The notes below the pieces were generated by a model, which worked only from the letters and a program-made list of their open reading frames with translations, had not been told where the DNA came from and searched no databases. Positions 24,279-35,322 of a stretch of DNA of 64,000 bases are shown here, in pieces; position 1 is the first letter of the stretch; each line of letters starts with the position of its first letter. The position numbers were made by a program, and so were the translations under genes. Where the stretch lies: assembly GCA_000708835.1 (NCBI GenBank), contig DF237082.1, positions 115,702 to 179,701 on the forward strand, in the 5' to 3' direction. This DNA is from Klebsormidium nitens (lineage: Eukaryota; Plantae; Klebsormidiophyceae).

Positions 24279-26955
24279 ATGGCAAGATCACCGTCACGGT
24301 CTCCTGTGCGCCGAGATTCCCGATCCCGATGGCGGTCTCCCTCGGCGTCACCTAGCCGCTACAGCTCAAAAAGGGGCAGCAACAGAGACAGAAGGGTGCG
24401 GAGTCGAACGCCGCCACGCAGGTTGGTCAGCCTCTCAATAACAAATATTCTCCACATAGTTCGGTCATTTCTCTTCCATAGTGGAACCTGCGGAAGCAAG
24501 AGGTTTCAGTGGAGACAAAGCACCCGAAGCAGAGTATCAATGCCGCAAGGATGGTAGAAAGTGTTGATCAGGGAGGTAACTTTTGCCATCAAGGCCTTCT
24601 GCTTCAGGCTTTCGTGAGATGATAGGCCCTCTGCCTTGTTAAGTAGACACGATTTGATGGATAATCAAAGGAACAGATCAGAAGGGGCACCGAGAAGGGG
24701 CACCGAGAAGGGGCACCGAGAAGGGGCACCGAAGGCAGGATGGGTTGGTCAACTTGATCGAGGGGACACACAAGAACCTAGACAGTGGTGCGAGGCTGGC
24801 TTTCGTTCTGGTGGCATGTTCCACCTCTTGTCGTGCCCTGGCATCAGCTTGGTTCCGACTTGGAACACATGGTCCTGGCCGCTGCAGCCATGCAACTTTC
24901 TTTTCGATGACCCCCTCTGAAGCAGACGCCGCCATCAATTACCCCCTGCGGAGGCTTGTCGTGTCTGCAGCCCTCCGCCCTGAGCACAGTGAGCCTGTTC
25001 TCGGTACGCTGATCGCTGGAGAAACTCGCTTGGTCGCCAATGGCTCCGACACGCTTGCTTGTCTGTCATCCTTGTCAAGTTATTCACAGGTTAAGGTCGC
25101 CTGCAACTGTTCCTTGTTGGAAGTTTCTGCTTAGCACAAGCAGGAAGCAGCCATAGTTACTAGGCGCACTGTCCATACGCAAACATTTGCTCTGCAGGAG
25201 ACGCGACCGATCCTCATCGCCACAACGCTACAAACGGCGGGCTAGTCCTAGTCCGGTGAAGCGAAAGCGCAGTCCTAGCCCTGTAAAGCGCCGCTACAGC
25301 CCAAGTCCCCCCCCTCCTCCATCTCGAAAGTCACCACCCCCATCGGTTTCTCCTGAGAGGAGTCGTAGCTCGTCTGTTGAGCGGCGTTTGGCCCTGGAAC
25401 GGGCTCGCGAAGAGCGGGAGGCGGAGAAGAATCGAGAGGAAGAAGAACGGAGAAAGTGAGTTGTTGTTTACCTGATTGTGCTTCGAGGCACAGGCATAAG
25501 CTGTGAGTGGGGGTGGCAACGAAGAAGAGATTCAACGGGAGAGCGAGTCTGGTTTTGAGATTGAGAGTCGATGTGAGGTCTCGCAAAGTAATGCTGACAC
25601 GCAGATTTTGAACAGCATTGCAGTGCAGTACTCCCTTCGAACTTGCATCCTGCACCCCTTAATGATTTCGTATGATAATATCGACAGAGTTAGTAGCTCC
25701 AGAGGCAAACGCTGACGCCAAGTCCTGTTGACTTGGAAGTGAACGTTTGCGTGTCTTGCAGTCCCAAGTGAAAAGAAGAGGTGCTGACGTTGGTGCTCCA
25801 CGCCTAGGAACTCAAAGGTTGGCGGCATCTTTTGCAGACAGACCACAGTATAGTTATATACGGCTGCACACGAATGACGCATTTCTAGAGGGGAATTTGA
25901 CCGGTGACCCTCATCCCGGATCAACCCAATCCAGCGAATCTTACCCGGAAAAAGAATGTTGCACGCACGCATGGAGCTTCACATTCGACGCTCCTCTTCC
26001 AGGCGCCAGCAAGAGGCAGAGCGGCGAATCATCGAGGAGGAGACGGCGCGCCGCATTGAAGAGACGATACGGAAGCGCGTGGAGGAAGCTTTGGCTTCGG
26101 AAGACGTGAAGAAAGAGATGGAGGAGCGGCTTCGGCGTGGTCGAGAGAGGCTGCTTCAGGAGGTAGAGGAAATTCTGGAGAAGGAGCGGCAGGCCGCCTT
26201 GGAAGAGGCGAAACGAAAAGAAGTAAGTCGAGCAGTATCTCCCCTGGTTAGCCCCCAAAGGACCCCGGGTTGGAGGGGACTGCGCTTGGAATACTGTGCT
26301 TGAGTGCCGTTTTTAAAAGCTTCGATGCAGAGGGATCAACTCGACGAACAACTCAACTCTGGTTTGCCCATCCTGACCTGTTCTGAAGTTCTCGGACTCG
26401 TCTGTATTTTGAAGAGAGATTTCGAAGAACATAGCAGCCAGCTTCACCTCTGAAGTCCGAGTTTTCTTTGACTTTTCCGAATGCTTTGTAAAAGTAAGTC
26501 CCCTTCGTTGGGTGGAAAGCGCCTTTTCGTCGATATCTCGCCGTTGTATGCACCTGCAGGAGCTTCAAAGTACAGATCTTGTAGAATTTGCCTCGAAGAG
26601 TCGGCTGCAGAGGCAAGCGTGACGGGACAAACATACTCCTGCTTCTCCTCGCGTTGCTGAGTGCGACTTTTTGACTTCGTTTCTGCAGGAAGAGGAGCGG
26701 CGGCGACTTGAAGAGCTGGAAAACATGCTGAACGAGAACCAGAAGAAAGTAGAGGAGGCGCAGAAGCGTGCGGCAGAAGAACGACGAAGGCAGGAGGAAG
26801 AGCGATTTAAGGAGCTCGAGAACTTGCAGAAGCAGAGGGAGGAAGAAGCGAAGAGGAAACAGCAAGAAGAAGAGCTGATAAAGATAGAGCAGATGAAAAT
26901 TCTAGGGAAAAAGAATGCGAGGCCGAAGGTTGCATTTGGCTTTGGCTTCAAGTAA
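24279..26955 (+). CDS. ARGLU1: Arginine/glutamate-rich protein 1-like (ARGLU1/UPF0430) RS-domain splicing regulator
   Basis: Exons 24279-24421, 25198-25455, 26003-26222 and 26689-26955 join in frame. RS/SP-rich N-terminus, E/R-rich coiled coil (RRIIEEETARRIEETIRKRVEEAL) and C-terminal KILGKKNARPKVAFGF. Confidence 0.83.
24680..24732 (+). repeat. 13-bp minisatellite x4 in ARGLU1 intron 1
   Basis: (AGAAGGGGCACCG)4. Confidence 0.92.
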
Positions 26956-27391
26956 TTGAAATCAACCTTAGAAAGAGTTGCACTTACTGAATTTGGCGTC
27001 AAAGGTTTTGGCGCACGATGTACAGGTGTCTCCACTTGCTCAAGCTCACTACGTGCTTTCTACCATGCTGTAGAGATCGAGCACCATGAGCGCCTAGTAG
27101 CAGAGCTTTGGACTGATAGTCAGGTAGGCGTTTCGATCTTGATGGTGTGATCACATCTATCCGGAGGCTGGCGGCCAAGCATTGTTACTCGAACTTACAC
27201 ATTCAACATGTTGGCTGGCGCCGTAACCATGTTGTATAACAAAGATGCAGTCGACTGCATAGACGGCTGGCCGGAAAAGCAAACCGGTTTGATCAGCATA
27301 GCGTTCAAGAAGTACCTCCAGGACCCGCCCCTAACTCATTGCTCCAGATTGAAAGTTGGTGAAGATCCGCCCGCAGCCTTATCTATCTAGG

Positions 27392-27415
27392 ACCGTCGAT
27401 GGGCCCATCGACGGT
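27392..27415. repeat. Perfect 24-bp palindrome
   Basis: ACCGTCGATGGG-CCCATCGACGGT has no loop and no mismatch, and is preceded by CTAG at 27387-27390. Confidence 0.9.
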
Positions 27416-28674
27416 GTGTGCAGCCCTCAGCCAAATTGATGAGTGTCAATCGCGACTAGTATGTACAAAAAGCGGTACACTTTCTGTACAGGTTCTACCG
27501 CCGCGTACGGTCAGTATTTAAAATCAGCCACGCGGCGCGCGCACAAGTATTCCACTTGTCCTAGTATGTCAGAAAATGTGCTCGTACGGTACGGTCGACC
27601 AAATTTTGCGGACCTGCCTCTACGGTACATGTAGACTCAGCTGGCCGTTGTCCGCGGTACCTAAATTAGATTTGCGCAACTGCATGTAGAGGAGTCCCGT
27701 CGATTCAAACCCGTGTGCACTAGAGCACTGCGCAGTTCAGTGCCGTGTGCAGTGCGATGACGGCAGGTCGGTCGGGTCAGCACGGGGGACTCTGCGCCGG
27801 GAGCAGTCTGAGACCTAATTGTATCACGCTGTAGTGGCCGGTAATACAGCCGGTTGAAAAACTACTTCCCGGTAGCTCAAAGTGGGGGCCTAGCCGCCCC
27901 TCAACACCAGGTTTGGACCTGGGACAGATGGCGTTCACCGATTCGATCTTATCCTGCGATCGAATCTTGGGTGAAATTTCCCGACCACTTCTCCATCAAG
28001 CAACCGGGCACTTTTAGGGGCGGGTCCGCGAGGTTGTTCAAGAACGCTATGCAGCCGCCTGGCATGTTCAATACTATATACCGTCATGCAGTATACCATC
28101 CGCGGCCCGGTACCTTGACATGTGTATCATTATAACCTTTGTCAGCACTTACGCTATGAAATTTCTGCATGAATGACGCGGTCATCATTGGAACGTACAT
28201 ACCAAGTACAGAAATTGTGGATATGTACGGCACGATCCATGCTTACGTGGTCGTGTGCAGTTTGCAGAGGGTCGGGCCAGCACGTCATCATTCCCAGGTA
28301 GAAGCACGCAACTGGTAATACGAGTACTCAAGACCGCTGCCTATGCGCACGGCAGGGCCAGCATATTTCAAAGAGCAGAAACGTCCAGAATCAGATGGTT
28401 CTCAACCGATCAAATTACTTCTGCATGCCAGTGACCAGGGGAATCCGTTGTGACCTTGCCGTTAAATGGATGCTGCAAGACAGTCCTGCAGCTGTATGCT
28501 GAAAATCCGCGCTTACAACCTCGTGGATGTCCCAGTCGCCGCATCTTACTACAAAATTGCCCACAGCCACGCTGCTTCGTTGTCCCAACCCTTATTGCAT
28601 CGCGCTGACCACCTTTACAGCAACCTATCACCCATCAATCAGACTTGAGTGTTATGCCTGGACCGAACTTCATT

Positions 28675-31600
28675 TCAAGACCAGATGTCACGCACGTAGC
28701 GCTTCTCTTTCACCATGTTATTGAGCAGCGCGGTTGCGTCTCCCTCCGCCATCTGGGCACCGTCGACCAGCACCTTCACAAGCGCCGCATGGACGTCCCT
28801 GGCCATGTTGACCCCGTCCCTGGGAGGAAGCACAACAGTGCGTCAGCCTAAAATGCAAGGATTTTTGCGTTCGGCGTGACTGGAGTTTAAGCACCAAAAA
28901 GCCCCAAAAACAGCCCGCTTCAGCCGCAGATTGTTGCTGAAAAGGTCGGCAAGATGGTGGTTGACCCCCGTGACTTACCGGACCGGCTATCTTTCTGGCT
29001 ATCCAGGTGAATAAGGGAAGTACATGCAGAAAGCTTTAGATGGCTTATTGCGGCCTTTCGCCGCTGGACGCACTCACCCGCAAATGAAGACGTGCGCTTT
29101 CCCGTGCTGAATCAAACTCGCCAACTTTTCGGCATGCTCGCTCAGCTTGTGCTGCACGTACACCTGCGAGAGAGATACGGCGTCGAGAAAAGCACTTCGG
29201 CGAGGTTGGGAACTTTCTCATTGCTCTTTGGAACCGTTTGAGACGCCGCATCGACCACTTTGATCATCGCCAAATGCACCATATCAAGTCTCCTACGTCT
29301 ATCTTCAGATCCGATGAGCCCACGGCTAGGTCCGAATCAAGACAAAGCTACTGTGCCACCCCTCAAGTCATGCTAGCTTCCAGCTCTCAAGCTTAAGTCG
29401 TCCTATTATCAGAAGTCCATTCGCTTGAGACCCCTCTGGCGGAGAGATTCAGGCGCTGAGCAAGGCTTTAACAATGATCAGTAAGGCTTTTGAAAGGGCT
29501 TCGAGAAAGAGTAGCAAACTTGAATGGGCTCAAGGCGGGATCACGATAGCCCGTTCTTCGTGGCCCCCCTCAGTCAGCAGCGAGCAGAATTCCAACTCCT
29601 CGTAAAACACATTTCTGGGCGACGAAGTGCAAAGTACTAAGGATTCCTCCCTGAGCCCCACCTTTGCGTCTCCCGCGCGCGAGAACGCCGTCACCAGCTT
29701 GGTCAGCGTTCCGTCCGTCTCGAACTTCCGCAGATCCTTCTCGTACAAGAAGTCCTCGTCTTCCTTTCGGCACCCAAAGAAGAGCCACGCCGGCCCCGCT
29801 TCGCCCCCTGCCTGCAACCGTTCCCTTCGCTGCTGCAGAAATCCCCTGAACGGCGCAACGCCCGTCCCCGGACCGATCATTAGCAGCGGCGCGGTTAAGC
29901 CCTCCGGCAGCCGGAAATCGCCCCCGCTCTTCAGGAAAACGGGCACGCTTACACGGGCGGACGGGTTAGCGACGAACTGGCGCTGCGTCTTCGGGTCAAG
30001 CCCTAACCGCCGCTCTAACCAGGAGGTGCAAACCCCGTGGAAGACTCGCCCGTCACCGGTTTGCTCCTTAACAACGCTAAACGCGACTTGGACTCTTCCC
30101 GGGGCGTCGTTTGCGTTGCACGTGACGGAATACATTCGCGCGACGAGGGGCGGCAAGCTGTCGAGCAGGTGCGCTAGGTCTGGCTTGCAGGACGGGAACC
30201 TCTTGAGGATCTCGAGCAGGCTGGGCCGCACCTCCTGGATCTGGACCTTATAGGCGTCCCGCCCTCCCCGGCTCGAGAGCATCAGCAGTTCCGTTCGCTC
30301 GGCCGAGTCCGCGCAGTACTCGGCCAGGACGCGGAGCAACCCCTTCCGCGCGACGGCTGTGACGTCACAGTGCCGCAGGAGCGCCTCGCGCAGCGTGCAC
30401 GGCCACCCCACGTGGCCCAGCAGACGCGCGCCTCCTGCCACGTCAGCACTGCCATCGCCTTGCCCCGTGCCGACGTCATCGACAGCGGCGACCGAGAAAA
30501 CTCGCCCCCCATCAGCTCCCAGCCGTTCCAGCAGACCGTCGACGAGCTCGGGCCGGTTCTCGGGGAGGACGCCTAGAGAGTCGCCGGGCTTGTAGCTTGC
30601 GCCAGTCCGCGCAATGTCCACCTCTAGGTGAATTACGCGCCGGTCCGACCAGCTCGCAGTCATGTACTCGGCCGCCGTTACCTCTGCACTGAACGGGTGC
30701 GCCGCACTGTATTCAATCGTCGGATTCCCGTTCTCCAATGACGTCACTGTTCCGTTTGTTGCTGACGACAGCTTCCCATGTGTTCTGATGGTCTCTGCCC
30801 CTTGCCAGATGAGTTTGATGCGGCTCTTTTGCAGGGGGGGCACTCCGACCAGCTTGCTCTCTTTGCTTGCTGGGGGGGGGTTGGCGGTTCCATTGGGGAG
30901 GGGGGCAACGGAGGGGGGGTTGGCGCCCTCGGATACTGCGGCCTTGAGTGCGTCCCAGAGACCCTCCTTCCACTTGTCGATGACGTCCTCAAGCCTGCAT
31001 AAGGCATGAAAAAACGCCTCAATGGTTGCTCAGAAAGAAGGAAGTTTTTGATACAGCTATGCCTTGCATTAGCAGCGCAAACAACCTTCTGACAGTTGCA
31101 CGTGACCTGAGGGGTACTGGAGTCAACTAGAGTTATTCAAAAATGGATTGGAAGGAGGAGTCAATAGAATCCAAACAGTTGCATTTTTGCCCGATATGAA
31201 AAAGTAGACACTGCTTTGAGCATGCAAGCACCACAAGTACAAAAGATCACAGAGGTAGCTGGACGCTTGGCCAAATGATCAACAGAGTACCAGGGACGAT
31301 CCTTGGCCGTTGACATAGGGCACTCTGGAAACGCATGATTCCAGATACTTAGCAGCTAGAGCAGGAAGCATTTGCATTCCCAGTACTCTGCAGGTGTTAC
31401 CACCACCCCCTCATTGTCTTTACAGAGACTTTGCAAAACCTTTCAGCCCACACCCTACAAAACACTTTGTAAGCAGGACGAACAAGCAACTCACCGAGGA
31501 CCTTTCCACAGAGACTAGGTACGAGCAAGGAATTAGGGGCTGAAAAGGGGAAAATGAGAACGGAACATACAACATAGATTTTCCCAAGTCTGCCCAACAT

Positions 31601-33209
31601 TAGCTGGAACCTTTGATCATTCTTGGGCTGTGTTAGCATATTGGCATGTTTAAAAAATTAAAAAAAAATTAAAAGAGAGACCATTCAAGACAAGGCAAAC
31701 CCATCGTCTGCCCATTCACTCACCCATCCACCTCATCCGCCTCGCAGTTCTTGTAGAACCGCTTCGCGCCCAATTCCGGCAGCCGCGATGTGAATACCCT
31801 CGGAACCCCCATGTATGTCGTGTAGTTCGAGTCCCCCAACCCGAGCACTGTAAATTGCACCCCCGCAAGCAGATCTGCTGCGTGCGTCCGCCTCTTGAGG
31901 GCGTTGTGGAAGCGCTCGCAGTTTTCAGGGGGGTCACCGTCTCCAGTGCTGCTCACGACGAAGACGGCGGCCTTGGTGGTACCAGGGATCTTGTGGAGGG
32001 GCTTCTCGTCAAGGGCCAGGACGCGGCTGGCGATGCCATGTGTCGCCGCCTGATTGGGAGAGGGAAGCTATCAGCAGTGCAGGGTATGAATTAGTTGATT
32101 GAATCATACAAAATTAAATAAATAGATCAATTAGTCTGGGGCCTGAGTTAGATCTAAACCAGTGGGAATTCAAAGGGGTAGTGTGGTCTTGGCGCCCACG
32201 GAGTCACAGATCTGAAACTGATTGTATCAGGGCCCTTTGCTATAGCAGAGCGCCTCTTCTAAGACCCCATGTGAAATTACTCTGACCCGCAAGGCAGCAA
32301 AACCATCTGCAAAACGCCATGGACGGTGCAAACTGCAAAATCAGTTCAGTCGATTCAGACTTCACTTCATTGAAGCACTCGCTGCCACCCTGAGCCAACT
32401 CAAAAAACATGATGATGACAACAACTCTTCAAGCAGTCCAGAGGCTGTATCACATGATCAGATCCCTCTTGAGTCTGATCCCTTCGAACTGCAGCACTCA
32501 CCTCAGCATTCAAACTCTTGGCGACTTCCATGGCATTGCCCGTCTGAGAGCCGTACAGGAAGAGAGTCTCCCCAGAGCTCCTTGAAGCAGCTTCTAGTTT
32601 GCTCTTCCTAAGAGCAGCCGCCCTAGCCAGCATTGCCGGACCAGTCATCGGAGCTGGCACGCTAGGGTTTTGGACCTCAATTGCCTTGGGGCCTGCCGCA
32701 GGCAATCCTTGGTTGATCGGATCTGCGGCAGGCTTTTGATCTGGAACGGGCGGGATGCTTTGCTTGGATTCGCCTGCTGACTTCACACTTGATGGGGAGG
32801 TGGTGGTTGCATGCGCAGGCTTCTGATCCGCCGCCGCTGATGTTAGCGAAGCATCGGCACTTTGATCAAATCTTGCAACTTCTGGCACCGGCCTGGATGT
32901 ATCGCTGTCCTTGGAAGCAGGTCCGTTTGCCAGTGTGGATTCCTGGGGCCCCCCATTCGCATCAGATGTTTTGATACCCTCCTCTTTTGTAGCTTGCTTT
33001 TGGCTTGCCTGATCAACAAAAACGAAGCCGGCTACCAGAACTACCCCTGCGACGATCACGGGCATGAGAAAGAATACCAGCGTCCAAAACGGGGGCGTGA
33101 GGACAAGGATGGAAAGGAGAAGGTAGGGCCGTCTCCGCACAAGTGTCATGACTTTGCTGAGCAACCCCGCATGCTGCGAAGATGCATCCACTGGCGCCGT
33201 GTCCCCCAT
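28675..33209 (-). CDS. MTRR: Methionine synthase reductase-like diflavin (FMN/FAD/NADPH) reductase with a hydrophobic N-terminal extension
   Basis: Exons 33209-32502, 32049-31724, 30994-29662, 29163-29078 and 28819-28675 join in frame. Flavodoxin motifs LYGSQTGNA, SSTGDGDPPEN, LGLGDSNY and ADEVDGLEDVIDKWKEGLW (MTRR-type). FAD/NADPH motifs ARMYSV, MIGPGTGVAPFRGF, LFFGCR, AFSR..KVYVQHK and ICGDGVNMARDVH..RYVRDIWS*. Confidence 0.87.
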
Positions 33210-33863
33210 GATGACGAGATTGGTGCTGAAAAGAATATTGAATCCCCTCAAAAGTAATACCTACAGGTTAAATACAAAACCAAGTAGATACCTATTACCC
33301 AGTCACAGTGCCACGTCGTAGGTGGCGGCTTTATGGTCTGATTCTCTTGCTCTCCTCTTCCCATGACGAGCTCTGCAAAAGTGCCTCTGAAAAGGATCTG
33401 CGAGTTTCTCTAGATTAGGGTTTGGAGGAGGCTTGAAACCCTATCAGAGTGCAGGTCAACAGTTGCGGCTCTCCAGCAGCTCAAGCCTGATGCATGGAAG
33501 TCGAAACGGGCCGAAGCCACCTGCAAGGGCGCTGCATTCAGCTGCATTCCGGAGATGAGGAGCTCCTGCAAAGGCTTGCCATAGTACAACGCATCACAGG
33601 GCCTTTGAACCTCTTTGGGTGATGATTTTCCATGAAGAGCTTTCAATTTTCCAGCCCAACGCTCCATCAGAGACATGCAAGAGACCGGCACATTGCTCTG
33701 TCAGACAGCAATCGTCACGCGTCAAGTATTGTTGCTTTCCTTGAAGCTAAGTCTTTGAGCTGCTCGTAGTGGGTGTGTTCCTAGTTTCTCACAAGCTACC
33801 AACAATCTGCTTGAGTGTCAGTATTAGATCCTGCTGAGAGGAAGGTTCCAGCAGAGTTAGGCC

Positions 33864-35322
33864 ATGGCTCCAAACTTTCAGACCCGGAGCATCAGCTTAA
33901 ATCCATTTAGGCGAGACACACGTTCTGGATATGAGAGTGCTGTCTACTCGATGCTTGAAGATCCAGTGCTCAAAGATGTCCCGGCCAACCCCTCTGTTGA
34001 AGACATAGATAAGTTACTGGCTGTTGAAATGGGGTCGGCAATGAAGCTGACAATAAAAAAGCTGGATGCCACAAGTTTTGGTGAGTGACGTTCCCTCTTC
34101 TCTGGGACCTTCATTTGTGTCGATGAAGGTCAATCTGCTTCAGGTGCTGCACTTATGTACGATTTGAGTGGACATTCCAGATCAGATGTATACTGGACTT
34201 CCTGCTCATCCTGGGGCCAAGCCTTTTGTCTTTCTCACTTCCCCTTTCTGCCTGTTTGCGAAGCAGAAAAGATCTGGATGGTGCTGAGTTGCATCAGACT
34301 GAAATGATGGCCGTGGTCGACATAAGGTCTCGACCAAACAAATGTAAGTTTCTTCTGTGCAGAGGTTGCGGTGTTGAGTTCTGCCGATGTCAGGGACTTG
34401 AAGAGGGCCATAGAGAAGGCGGTGGATGAAAAGACTGCGGAGGAGTTGGGGCAGCGCAGTGTATCATGGTAAACACCGCCTCATCTTTACTTAAAACATC
34501 TCATCCAGTAATTTACATGACTTCAAGTTAGGGCTGGCGCGACTCTGCTTAACTATCGATTCGCACGTAGTGGATGTTGGCCGGGGAAGGATGCAGGCTT
34601 GTAAGATCATTGGAATATAAAGCCTCAGCGCGAAGGAACGTTAGATTCAAATAGGAGAAGCGGGGCAAAGAGAAATGTTGGTTCCTCCTTCACTACTCGC
34701 AAATATTGCTGCTTCTTACATGTGATCTGCTTCTATTTCCACCTCACACTGGTGACCCGGCTTGCTATCATGTGCAGGAGTCATGTGTGGGGCAACTTTA
34801 CGTTGGCATTCAAGGGGCAGCGGTTCTTGGATGACGACGCGCCCCTCAGGAAATATGACCTGCGGCATAACGACATAGTAAGCAACGCTTAGAACCCACC
34901 TTCTTGCGGGTTGGAAGCGACCAAATCGAGCCAGAAGCATACAATGGCAGAACATACAATGGCCGGTGTGTTTCGAATTCCATCCAGAGCTAGCTCAGGT
35001 TCCGCTTTCCAGGTGTGCGCCTTGCCTTCGATACCTTCTTGAGGTGCATGCTGTGGCCTTTCAAATTGCAGATCTGCCTGTTCACCGTAGCCGTTTCTAG
35101 CCTGCGTGTCTCGTCTACTTGTGGCCCTTCAGTAGCGACTCGTCAACACGCATTATGCTTCCTAGTTGAAACTTCGAAAGACTGACGTAGGGCCCCATTC
35201 CGCAGATCGACTTCGTCCATCACATCCCTTCGAAAGAGGCCGGGGAACATTCGCAAGCAAAGAAAAGCCGATTTTTTCACAGTTTATCTGCTAGGCTTCT
35301 ACCGAAAAGCCTAATTGAATAG
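33864..35322 (+). CDS. SNRNP25: U11/U12 snRNP 25-kDa protein (ubiquitin-like, minor spliceosome)
   Basis: Exons 33864-34080, 34363-34468, 34778-34877 and 35206-35322 give LEDPVLKDVPANPSVEDIDKLLAVEMGSAMKLTIKKLDATSFEVAVLSSADVRDLKRAIEK..SWSHVWGNFTLAFKGQRFLDDDAPLRKYDLRHND, with a plant-type tail HSQAKKSRFFHSL. Confidence 0.85.

Noticed and set aside
27856-27900. GGTAGCTCAAAGTGG resembles a tRNA A-box
   Set aside because: No B-box (GTTCRANYC) and no cloverleaf follow.
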